From Paraphysomonas bandaiensis (Eukaryota > Protista > Chrysophyceae): a stretch of DNA of 64,000 bases. Shown here one piece after another: positions 49,814 through 62,800 of the stretch (positions within the stretch are counted from its first letter, which is position 1; the number at the start of each line of letters is the position of its first letter). The position numbers and the translations under genes are program-made. The stretch is from the NCBI GenBank assembly GCA_965644295.1, contig CBFFRP010000148.1, forward strand, positions 62,001-126,000. The letters run 5' to 3'. The notes beneath the pieces are model-generated. The model saw only the letters and a program-made list of their open reading frames with translations, was not told the origin of the DNA and did not search any database.

Positions 49814-50268
49814 ATCGTTTATAGTATGCGCTGCCTTAAGTGCAGAATCTAGCGTACACTTCAATACGAAATGATCATATAAGTCGTGTGCAAGAGATAT
49901 TTCTGTCAATTAGATGTCGTTGGTATGTTCGTGTAGCGGTGGGTTGGGTTGACGCTATTTTGAAGGGATTATGATTCGCGTGGATTACGTGTCTTTGCGA
50001 TTTTACGTTCTGACGTTTTATGAACTGTTAGTGTTTCTTGACTACGTATACTATAATGTCGCTGGTATACACGATATCACACGAATAAGTATGTATTAGA
50101 AAGTATAGTACAGTACGAAAAAAGAACTAATTGGAACGCTGTGCTAAGAGTTACACTTTACCCATGCAGACTGTAGTTGTATTTTTCATAGCTCTTGTTT
50201 ACTGCTGTAAACAGGAATCACAATTTTCTTCTTACATGCAATACACCATGTAGCATATAGATATGTAT

Positions 50269-50480
50269 CAGGGCTGCGTAACAATTATGATTGAATTGCC
50301 GTTACTGTGAAAATATATATGTGCGGTAGTTGTGTAGTTGCCAGCCAGCTGTTCCATAGATAGCAGGGCTGCGTAACAATTAATTGCAAATGTTTTTTTG
50401 CAATTAAATTGCAATTATTCGTTATAGCTCGCGCAATTATAATTGCACTTAATTGCAATTTAATTGTGGCAATTATTGTC
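50269..50480 (+). mobile_element. Two hAT-type left termini with AATTGC subterminal repeats
   Basis: cagggctgcgtaacaatta at 50269 and 50364, sharing cagggctgcgta with the MITE at 29072. No matching right end identified. Confidence 0.6.
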
Positions 50481-51847
50481 TAATCAACTTAGTTACTCAC
50501 TGCAAACTGCAAACACGTGTAGCATCTTCAACCATATGATGCTATAATTGACGGAGTATGATATTGGCATGGTCAAAACTCTAAATATCCAGGTTTTCGT
50601 CTGCAAAAACAGGAAAAAGCCCTGATAATCCATGTCCATACCGCTGCACGTCCAGTTCGTAGTGAACTTCAACCCTGCAGTGTCCTGTAAGGCATCCAGG
50701 ATCGGAAGAACATAATTGCCAATATATCTTCAACTAGAGGGGTATTGAGCATTACGTATACACTATGGATCGAGCTGAACTAAGTTTTGTAGCTCAAAAT
50801 CAAGAGGAAAGACACACAATCGACCGTTCAAAAAAACAGTACCTTTCTTCATGTAAAGAAAACGTAATAATGAGAGGCCAACCTTCCTACTATTGTAATA
50901 GCCATTAAGGGCAATAAATGGCCATCGTCCTTAATATTTTGCAACTTATAATTCTTCCATCATGGAAGACCGCAGTCCTGGTCCCTTTTATCAGTCATTG
51001 CATGCTCTAACTTGTTCAGATGCACAGGATGAAATGATTCAAATTGTTACTAATATATGCCGCAAGAGAATGGATATTTTAAACGAGCAGCATGTGGCAG
51101 CTAGAAACAGCCAAACTGGAAAATTCACGGAATCATGACCAGCTCACTGAAATCAATTCATTTCCGTCGGCTGATTTAACACTTTTTCCTGCATCGTTTG
51201 TTTCTACTTAGTAATATTTTTTACCATCTCTTCCTTAGTAATTTCTTAGTTTGTTCCATTTTTTACATTAACTAGCATTCGATACTTAGTAATACTTACT
51301 TCTATTCACACTTAGTAACACATTCATTACTTCTGCGTCAATTGAAATTTATAAAGTCATAATCTAACAGTAGTATACTTCATACTTTATAAATCAGGGC
51401 TAGGGAATAATATATATTACGTTGTCGTAATGGGTAGTTGCAATGTTGCAATGCTAATTTGGGAAGCTAGTTTGCAATTATTCTCTTGCCTTCTCATAAA
51501 CTTAACGCTTGCTTATACGATACGATTGTTGAATAATTAGATACTGCTCTGTACCAAGGAAACTGTTGTCCATATACATATTTGACTTCCTAATGTCAAC
51601 TATTTGAACAGCACAAAATAAAACACTTGTAATTTTTAATTTAATCACCGCATTACCATAAAAAAATCTCAATTAATCCTGTGGTCAGTTTTGCCCACGT
51701 ACTGCTAATAGTACTTCACGACAGCTTGCTAAGCACCAAACCAATAAGATGGGATATCCCATGACAACGAAACCAATAGGAAAAGTGTTGTGCGACAACA
51801 GTAAAGCGTCATAATAATGAAGGCATAAAAATAAATATAGAACAGTT

Positions 51848-54186
51848 TCAAAAAAGACCATTTTCTTTCCGCTTTGCTATTTGCTTCCATTTAGGCCATT
51901 TCTACATCAAGTAAATATTAGAAAACATTGCAAGCTGAATACGCAGAGACCACCTTAAATTCATCCTTTGAACACCCGAAAGTATTAACAAAGTCCTCGT
52001 CCAACAGAGCACTCTCTTTACAGGTGACGTCTATACCATGTCGCTCAAGGAGTGATGCACTTCGTTCTCTTACCAATTCTTGTAACTCAACTAACGAAAA
52101 AAGCGACGTGTTCGGTAAATCCGGGCAAAGAGGGTTAGATTTCTCTGCAGAGAGGGCAGGTGCTGATTTTTGGGGAACAGGCGCATGGGGTGGGGTAGTT
52201 GCGGGCGATTCATCTTCGCCGCAAAGAGGAGTCGATTCCTCATTGTCACTGTGATCCGATTCATCCCCGGCGTACAACTGGCCTGCCTCCATACTACTGG
52301 CCCTAGGCTGTAGTTGTTCAGGAGACTCAAGCGACATATCTGGACGGGCAGGCAGCGGCTCCGACGGTTTCTTTGTCGGGGGTACGAAATTCGTTGGGGC
52401 ACTAGATAACCTGTTGTATGCAGGGTTCGGAAAGAATTCGCCACCTGTGGAAGGGCTTTCCGGCTTCAAAATAGGACTAGTGCTACTGGTATAAGCCTTG
52501 TTGTACATACCGTCAAAGGAGATTTCTGCTGTGGCACGTGGTTGACGGACAGTCGACTTCCCAGCGGAGAGCATTTTTCGGTTGCATGTGTCGCATACAC
52601 GCTGAGGTTTTACGGCATCAACGTGGGGCAAAAGAACTTTGCTTCTGGAACACCCATCACACACAACAACACCACAGCTACGGCAGTGATGCTTTCGATT
52701 GAAAAGAGTGAAGGATGTGTTGCATACCTCACAGCAACTGTTCCACAGAAAAAAGTCAGATGTACAATAAATTCAATACGATAAATGTACATCAACATTC
52801 ACAATTACAATCACATACCTTGCGGCCTTATCTGGGTTCCAGACAGGTGCTACCACGATTTCCTCCGCAGTGTCTTCCCCTGCCCGCACCGCCTCTTCGA
52901 GCATAGCCTGTCGCAGCCTAGACACTTCTTGAACCCAAGAATCACGTTCAGAAGAATTCCTGTATAAAATCAATCCACATGATTATAGTATACATTAACA
53001 CTTACGTAAACCAGACATAAAAAGATTTTGCTGGGCTTTCGATTCTCATGGCAAACTCTCCATTCTCGTCGACAGCAGTTACTCGCAGCTGTGTGAGCAA
53101 TATGTCTCTGCTAGGCCGGTATGTGCCCAGGCCCGTGGACTCGCCATACAGAAGTTTGTCGCTAAACACCCAAAACCTGAACTCTTTCCTACCACGACGG
53201 CATTGTTTCATGAGGTCCCCTTGTCTCACAAACATGCGACTAGGTTTATCCAGTAGGTTCACAGAGTAACGAGAATCAAGCTGAATCATAACCTGGGGTA
53301 CATCATCAGATAAATTAACGTAAAATAGAGACTTCTACCTGGTAGACCTTGTCCATTCCCTCTTGTTGTCGAATTGCCTCATTGTTCTTCGCCGCAACGT
53401 CCCGTACCTGAAGACATTCAAATACTAGTCCATCAGCCCATGTATGCCAATACAAAATCATATAGTACAATCACCTCTAATACTCAACATCACACACTAC
53501 TAGTAAAACTAAAACGTAGAGGAACTGCGAATACATGGATAGATGGGACAGATTATACATACATTTTCCAAAGCCTCCACTATATCTTGGTGGTCCTCGT
53601 TGGTCTCCGGTGTATACTTGAGAAGTTCTTCCAGTAGAAGTCTGTATCGTGGCACTCTCTGAACGGGTTCAATTAGAAGACTATCCAGAGTTAACCCCTT
53701 GCATCGCGGGTCAGAACGGGCCTTCTCGAGGAAATCAGCAAATTTCTTATTCGATGTAAGAAGCTTTGCACGACGTACAATAGCTCCTTCAAAACATGCC
53801 AAATATTGTTTATACATCTTCAAAAAATAACTGAAGTCTTTAAACACTTTCCCTACACGTATAGAGTTAACTCCATTACCCTCTGCTTCATTTAATTCAG
53901 ATAATAGTTTCTTATGCATATCTCTGATCATTTCTAATTGACCAAATTGTCCATCATATTCTGTATTCGATAAAATTCCTTTCTCACGGAATGGAATCAT
54001 AAATACATCAACTGTAGTTTGTAGTCTATTAAAATAAGTGGTTTCACTGCTTATAATTTCTTTAATAACTAATACACGCTTCTTTTCACGTTTCTCATCT
54101 TTTGTGATAGAAGATTCATCAGGAGGGGATGGAGAGATAGTGGGAGAGGTGGGAGGGGATGAGGGTTGATTGGAGAGGTCTTCCAT
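51848..54186 (-). CDS. RhoGEF (DH)-PH-FYVE protein with C-terminal villin headpiece (FGD/frabin-like)
   Basis: DH: VIKEIISSETTY, LLIEPVQRVPRYRLLLEELLK. PH: FVRQGDLMK, FWVFSDKLLY. FYVE: WNPD..RKHHCRSCG..RVCDTC. Headpiece: DEDFVNTFGCSKDEF|KWPKWKQIAKRKENGLF*. Confidence 0.92.
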
Positions 54187-54306
54187 GGTTATAGTTTGAT
54201 TTAGTATGTGTAGGGAAGATAGTGTAGTGATTAAAGATCATCTCAACACACACCTGCATATACAATAGCAGATACCTCCATAGATACACATACCTGCATA
54301 CATACA

Positions 54307-54448
54307 CGTATGCATCTTAGGTTTCGGGAATAAATTGAAGCAAAAATACTATATATAACTGCAATACAACTACGACTGGAATACAGACAATTATTGTCTC
54401 CATATATTAGGCATCTTTGAACAAAAATACACAAAGGATGCCGATACG
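54307..54448. mobile_element. Second copy of the promoter MITE-like element
   Basis: About 84% identical to 11498-11624 over 127 nt. The left TIR is degenerate (cgtatgcatc). Confidence 0.72.
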
Positions 54449-54469
54449 CATACATACATAACACACATG

Positions 54470-54815
54470 CATACATACATACATACATACATACATACAT
54501 ACATACATACATACATACATACATACATACATACATACATACATACATACATACATACATACATACATACATACATACATACATACATACATACATACAT
54601 ACATACATACATACATACATACATACATACATACATACATACATACATACATACATACATACCTACATACATACATACATACATACATACATACATACAT
54701 ACATACATACATACATACATACATACATACATACATACATACATACATACATACATACATACATACATACATACATACATACATACATACATACATACAT
54801 ACATACATACATACA

Positions 54816-54845
<30 letters not shown>
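54470..54845. repeat. (CATA)n microsatellite, about 375 bp
   Basis: Between the divergent starts at 54186 (-) and 54967 (+). Confidence 0.99.
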
Positions 54846-54846
<1 letters not shown>

Positions 54847-54966
54847 GGTATTCTCCGTCCAGCCCATACACGTATGGATATTTCTGATCTATGTATTAAG
54901 GTATGGATATATCATGCATATATCTCACACACACATATAGACATCCCTCCCACTGACTTCACACTC

Positions 54967-57900
54967 ATGTATCACTTCACTTTCTTCACTTCTATTTTAT
55001 ATTTTTACTTCATAGTCATCCAAATTACAGCCACTATACATACATCCACATATCCATCTCATCATTTATATAAACCCCATACACACACCTCTCATACATT
55101 ACTAACATCCCATACAAACACTAATACATACAATCACACTCATATCTCACATATAACTTCATCAAAATTAATTGAAACAAAGATTCAATCATTTTCACAA
55201 TCTATCAGATCATGGAATGATCAATGGCCAATAGGGAACGGTCGTATAGGCGCTTTAATAGGTGGATCGATATCATCTGAGGTGATCCCTTTATCACTAG
55301 AGGGATTCTTTGTACGAAGTAATACAAACACTATGAAACAACAAGTTAAACATTCATCATTATATAAAGTGTTTCAACAAGCTCGTATGGATTATTTGAA
55401 TGGTGAGATTGATTTAAGTACAGATCATATGGCTAAACTTGTATCACCTGAGCCATTAGGGATGTTTCAGTATATATGTGATCTTACTCTTGTATTCTCA
55501 CCTGTACCTCTCATGAAAGATGTTCTTATATCATCCAAATCAAGTTCTAATAAAGGGGTGTCGTCATCTGTTAGTCGTCGTACTGATGCAATCAAATCAT
55601 TGAATCGAATAGTGACTATGTTACAGTCGGATACTGACAAACATTCTTCAAATAGAGTATTGCTATCGAAGGAACAGCGAGGTAGTCGTCGTCAGAAAAA
55701 ATCAGAAAGTTTACCTAAAGAAAATGCAATGGCATCTTTTAGAGAAGTGCTAAGTGAGCGTCATGAATTAGATACAATAACAGGAATAGCGCGTGGTGTA
55801 CATGTGGCTACAACCCCTGTTGTGAACGGACATTCGTCTCATAAACACATACACACCAGAGAGTGGTTTGCCAGTAATATTGATGATGTCATGGTGGGGT
55901 CTTTTTCCTGCCGTCAGGATCTGGTTGATAGTATTGGTGGAGATCAAGATGATATGGTGGATTGCTTGCACGCAGGACTCCGACTTAGTCGCGAGATGTC
56001 TAGAAGTGCAAAGAAAGGAGCAATTAACTTACCAGAATCTCAGTGGCGTGCTGTTAGATGGTCTGATCGGAGAGATTATGCTATTCTTTCTACAGCCCAT
56101 ACCCAACGGAGGTTCACTCCACCCTCGAAGGATATCGATAACGATGACAGTGTTATTGCGTTGAGCTTATCTCTGGAATCTAGCAGTAAGTATTACCACA
56201 GAGGGGCCGAAGTGTGCGGTGCACTTATCTGCACTAACTCCAAATCAATGCATGGTACGATTGTTATAACATTTATCATGTTACAGCATAATTCGTTTTA
56301 CGCAGTGGGTTTTGCGTCAATTATCGAGGGTCAGAAGTTCGCAACGTGCTCTAAAGCTGATCGCATGGTGCTATATTTAGCAGCTGTAGGTGGTGGCTAT
56401 GCATTTACTGATACTACAAATGAAACACTTACATATGATACCAATCATGCGGCCTTAAGATCGGAATGTTGGATGAAGATAGAATCTGCACTTGATTTAG
56501 GATATGAAAATGTCAAGCAACGGCATGTTGCTGCATTTTCTAAAGCAATGACTGAATCTGCAGTGATATTTGGAAAGCCGACGGCGTCCAATGCGTCAGT
56601 GTTATGTGGCGATGACACCATTGAGTCTCAAGTTAAGTGTCTTCGAAGTGCCTCGATAGGGAAACCAAACACGAAATCTCGGGCCGTGGCGAATTTAGTA
56701 TCATCCGCTTTTTGGTTTGGAAAATACTTGCTTCTGTCTTCGGCAACAGAGAGTGTTCCGAATCTTCAGGGCTTGTGGTGTGACGGACCAGAAAGCGCTT
56801 GGAATGGGGACTACCACTTAAATATAAACATGCAGATGATGTATTGGCCGTCGAATAGTGTCGGGTTAGGGCGCTATACTCTACCGCCACTGAAGAAATG
56901 GTTAACACGCATGACTCACACAGGATCTCGGACCGCTAGAGAGCTCTATAATTGTCCTGGGTGGGTAGGGCATGGGTTTACGGACGACTTGCTGGACATG
57001 GGGATTCGAGGAAGTACCGAGTGGGCCTTGTGTGTAACATGTGGTACCTGGATGGCGCAGCAATTATGGGAATACTCAACGTATAGCTTTGACGTGAATT
57101 TTCTAAACGACACTTTGCTACCTCTCTTTCGATCTTTGGCGAAGTTTTTTATCAATTATTTATTTAGGGGTCCTGATGGATACATGCATTCTGGTCCAAC
57201 CACATCTCCAGAAAATTCTTACAGAGGTAATACACGAGGACAGGAGGGGAAATATTATCACATTGCACTCAGCCCCGGACTGGACATGTCAATATTGCGC
57301 CAGGTATACTTTTATGTTATGCTTTGCACTATGCTATATTGATTTTCTTAGGCTGCGAATTCCTTGAAAATGATTACGGATTGGAAGTATAATCGATGGC
57401 TAGAACTTGTACCAGCTTCAACAAAAATAAGCGATGTACCACCGTCTCTAGTGGCTGACATGGAATTGTGTAAGTTCATTTCCTTGTATACTAACTCCCT
57501 TACATCTGTTTTACCTGCAGCGAATTCTTTTTTATCTGTGGTTCAGGGAATGAAATACTCTGCTAACCCTGCTGTGGCTAATGGAATTATTCTTGAATAT
57601 CCAATCCGTGAAATAAATTTTCGACTTAATGATTCTTTTCAAATTGTAGAAGGTTTTGATAAGGGCCACCGCCACTTTTCCAGTCTTCATTGGCTCTATC
57701 CTGGAACGTTTTTGCCGGCGACCTATGGATCCGAGAGTACGGCTTCCTCACTTCTAGAAGCTGCAAGTCGAACATTAAGAGAAAAGGTATCTAGTGGAGG
57801 GGGACACACGGGATGGTCCGCTGTATGGGAATCGGCTCTATGGTCTCGACTCCGACAACCGGCAGCAGCCTGGTCTGCGCTTAAAAAATATTTACTGAAA

Positions 57901-58725
57901 TATACAAGTTCAAGGCTAATGGGATTACATCCTAATTTGAAACCGTCTTTGGCTAAATGTGGCACTTGCTTTAAAGAAGCACCATCTCGTACTAAGGTTA
58001 AAAAGGGGATGGCCACTCCAGACGGATCAGTGGTGAGTAATATAGGCATTTTCAAAGAAAATTAATTTGCTATGGTAGTTTCAGATAGACGGTAGTGTTG
58101 GTTTTGTGGCGGCTGTTTGTGAAATGATACTTCAATCACATGAACCCGGAATTGTATCTTTTCTTCCTGCTATTCCAGCAGAGTTGTCTAGATATGGTGA
58201 GATCTTAATTAATATTTCGTAGAGATTTGTGACATTGAAATAGGTAAAGCTCTGGATATTAGGGCTAGAGGTGGCTACTCTGTATCGTTTCAGTGGTCTA
58301 AAAATCGCGTTACAGCTGCTGTTCTTGAGATAAAAGAATGGCACCCTTGGCTATTGGGACAAATAGAAACATCGCCTGGATACTTTCGACCCCCTTCATC
58401 TTCCACTAGACCAGACATACCAGATCCTATTCCTCGTTTATTGTTGTCCTTTCCTAATAGAATGATTTCTCTTACTGGGCATGCCAATGTAACGGGTTTA
58501 TCACATGGCAATAAGCCTTGCGCGAGACAAGTTTCGAATACAACCGGTAATCAGTTTAGTGATTCAGTAGTTGATTTAAAGCTCGATTCGGTATTGTTTG
58601 TTGAAATAGATGTCTTTCCTTGTAATCTGTTTTTGTGCTCTGATATAATTAGCAGAGAGAAATGTGCCATGCAAATTAAGCACTTAGTACGTAGCTCAAA
58701 CTTTATTGATTCGTATACAGGGTAA
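54967..58725 (+). CDS. Alpha-L-fucosidase, GH95 (multi-exon)
   Basis: Signal peptide; PIGNGRIGA, FGKYLLLSS, PNLQGLW, WNGDYHLNINMQMMYWP, TSPEN, HRHFSSL, TGWS, FQIDG, EMILQSH and IRARGG. Confidence 0.94.
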
Positions 58726-59865
58726 GCTATATTAAAGAATTGAAATACTTGTAGTACCTATGTTCGGAGACGACGCGGCAAGAGCTGTTGGGGGCATACT
58801 GTTTCTCGCAGGTGGAGGAGCATCTGCAGATGGAGGTTCATTTTTTTCTCATTAAAATATCACAAAATTCTGCTAGATCGGATATCATTTGCTAATTCTG
58901 AGCTGCTTTCTGCTGCTGAAATTCGACGTCTCCGCCACCATCGTTACTAACAGTACTACTAACAGATCCCAGATCTGATAATACTTGTTGGTAGAAGTGG
59001 CGATAATATATATATATATATATATATCTAGTGGAAAGCAATGAGTATTAATTAACCTGAGTGATTATTGATCACAATTGTACTATTGATATTAGTATGT
59101 GTTACTACAAGTCAGTACTAATGTCAAATATTTTTCTTCTTGTGTTAAAATCGCAGTATAATTAAAATGGTAAACTTAGTGTCACTTCAATAATCAATAA
59201 TAGTCGCATATAGCCAATCTACTCATTCAGGGGCTGCTGTAGGTAATGACTATTTATTAGGTAATGGAATCACAATACTATCGGAATCGGCAAATAACGA
59301 TTAAATACCTGTGGATCTGACGTCACAGAGTGGATGAAACAATCACACTAAAGTTATGCGTCCGCTCGGAATTTTTACGCACACATCATTTTTACCCGGT
59401 AAAAATTGTAAATAGTAAATAGCAACCATGAAGCTGCGCAGCATTCACTCACCACATATCTTTCGTGATGTACTCCTCGTGTCCCTCTCCACTAAACTCA
59501 TCCATTACCTCTGTCACATATGACAGGGTGGTAATATTAAAAGATAACTTTAAATACATGCTAGCGTTCATTGCATTTCACTTTAGCGCCACTTGTCATA
59601 CCGCAATAAACGGTCATAACTCAATTACCTTGAAATACAGCTTTCAATTGCTCGCAAATATGCAAAACTCAACAGAGTTAAATTATTTATGAATAAGTTT
59701 TATTTGTTTCACTGCAGTAACGAACATAAATGTCTACAAAACACTTCAGTTCAAGTATTCGTAATTCAAATTGCGCAGCAATACGCACGAGATAGTATAA
59801 ATTTCGACATCAAGTTATGTTGGCGGATTAAAAAAGCACTCTATACCCTTTTCTCCATCAGTGCC

Positions 59866-62800
59866 TTATCTTTTCCAAGTATAGCTACGTCTGGTTTCTG
59901 TCGTCCATCTTTGGCTCTTAGACTCTGGGCCGGGAGGATAACGCGCATTCGCAAACAAAGGGTTCATGGAAGCTCTCTCTGAAAAACTCTGTTGACAAAC
60001 GAAGAACGTTAGTGCATTACAGGAAACAAGATAAACATCAGTTAAGGCAGAAATAAAATCAACCGACTTACCATATCGCGCCCCCGAAAGCGAGTTGGGG
60101 CCGATTGCGGTCTACCATGGTTTCGGAGTTTGGTGCGATAACTTACATCTTCCCTTAACCCTAAAAGTGCAAGGTATAAGATTGGAGTGAGAAGCGAATG
60201 CAGGACATACCAATACGGTTAGCATTACGGGTCGCACGTATAGTATCGCCAACATTCCATCTGATAATAAACCACCGAAAGTTAAAACAAGTCTCAACAA
60301 TGTTGCCCTTTATAGACAAGTAGCTAACATAAGCAAGTAAACTAGCACCAGAGTATCGTGAACATATGGTCACATATTACCAGTACATAAGTGACGCATA
60401 AAAATTGATACAAAGTATTATGCTACAGCGCACACCTGTTGGAGCTTCTGCTCGAAGTAGAAACACCAATAGAGGAAGACGAATTGCGGCTATCACACAC
60501 TGAGCGAGTTGAATCTGCACTGGTTGCTGCCGCTTTTTGCAATCTTTCAGAAGGGATTTTCTCTGATTCTTTAGCTGCGACATATCCCACACTGTCCGTT
60601 TGAATCGAATGTACAGAATCTGAACTCTTCTCCTCGATATGACCGGCCCCAATATCGTGTACATGTGAAGAGGTAGGAGAGCTTTCTGCCCGCAATGAAC
60701 TTCTATCACAAATAGCGTCACTTTTACAAGTCAAGTCAGCTTGAGAAGTTGGGCTTCGAGGAGTTTGATCATGTTGATGAAGAAGATAAGAGTCCGGCCA
60801 AACGTAGCTTCTACGATGCTCTGTCTGCGCCTTTGCCGCAATCGTTTTAGGGTCGTTACGGTCGTAGAAAGGAACATTTCCTCCAATGAACACATTCACT
60901 GGAACAGCAGCAGTAGAATGATAAGTAGATATATCAGGAGAGACAAAGTTATCTTGATATTCAGATTTTCCTTGAAACTTCATATTAGTGGGCAAGACAG
61001 CTGTTCGACATTTTCGGACAGCGGAAGTTCTATCTACACTCTTGGAACGACGGCTGATTGAGGTTGTGATATCGGTACGCCCTCTTCGTTGTGATGAAAC
61101 GTCATGTGTATGTCCAATTTCATCCGTGGCCCTCATTGAGGAAAGTGGTGTGTCCACCTGAGAGTCTTTTCGTGTTGAAATTTGAGGAGGGACTTGAGGA
61201 AGCGGGGGTGTAGGAGCGTTTTCCTAGATATTATTCAATGAGTACACATAGAGCTAAAACTTATGATCGAACCTCTATATTAGAAAGTGTAGACCGTGAA
61301 TCTAATTTAGAATCCACTACACACTCCTCTGCTACAGCAGCCAAATTAAAAAGACACACCTAGCTTGCAAATCCATCTCAAACCTTTTTGTTCGTCTCTC
61401 CCATGACATGCAGGCATCGTTGTTATATTCGTATCAAGTGTTCGAATTATGGCAGGTTTCTTTTTAGAAAATTAATTTAATAGAAGAGAATATTGTATAA
61501 CTTACGGATGTAACAGGCCATTGCTTGTACTTATCATCATACTCTGATTTTCCAGCTAGTTTGGCGTCATCGCCATATGCAAGTGCTGACAGCAAAAATT
61601 CAGACATTAAGAAATGCAATTAGTGGTATACCTTTCGACTTTTCATGTGGCCAAGCAAATTTCACAGATGAGTTTACTTTTCGATTCGCCAGTTGTTCAG
61701 ATGTTAATCCTGCTGTAGATTCAGTCGGAATCTGCAGTTTTGCATTGATCGAAGAATAATCAGAATCTGGAGGCTATGAACATAACACGAGAGATTAGAT
61801 AAAGGCCATAACACCAACACAGCAATATATTTTCCACCGACCCCAATCTGATCATATTCACCGCTGGAGTGTGGAGGTGACGAGTCAATCTCAGAATGTG
61901 TCTTTGTCTTATTAACATCCGTGTTCACGGGAGTCAATACACCCTGGAAGGAATATCAATCAATATACACTTTCAGTACAAGGCTACACATACCACTATC
62001 TGCTTTGCCCATGGCTGATACTGATCACGATACTCTGTTGATGACTCTATATACAAGTGAGAACCATCACAAGTAAATAGCAATCAATTATACCTAATTT
62101 CACCGTGGGAGCTCCATTGGCCCCACTTGGAATTGCACCCAGAATGTCACCATTACTGGAGTCAATAATATCGTGATCAGAAGGTTTTGCACTTTTCGCA
62201 GCCTACAAATATGCAGCCAGGAAAATGACAAGCAATAACAAAACAGATTGAAGGGACACTTATCAAATTCCATCCATCATATCACTGCACACAGTATCCA
62301 ATACACCACCATAAGAAGACGAACCTTCGCATCAGACCATGATATGTAGCTATCTCTATATTCTGTGTGCCCCCTGTTTACGCCTCCTGGACCCCTACTG
62401 CACCCTACACTCACGTAATTCGACATCAGTGATATGAATGCTTGCAAACAGAGCCAACTACCTTTGATTTCTGGCCAGGCAAAATTCGTCGGAGCTGGTA
62501 GCGTCAACAATTCGGCAGACGTCGTTATACCAAATACAGGTTCACCTTCAGTCTCATCTTTCTTTGCTGACTGTTCCATAGCCATTTGCGCCTCAGACTT
62601 CCATTTCGAGGAATCAACTGCATCCGAGGAAGTGCAGATAGGATTGCGTGGAGCTGGGATAGACAGTGCAGATGCCTGGCCATATCATTTATGAGGGTTA
62701 AAATGGCTAGTCATACATTTTTTCGTATGTATGTACACAGTATACGAACTCTACCTTTGCTGTATTCCACTCATGAAACTCATCCCTGTATTCAGTGTGA

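Noticed and set aside
50480-51400. Possible decayed transposase body and weak inverted similarity to 47880-48000
   Set aside because: No ORF or motif, and the similarity is too short to trust by eye.
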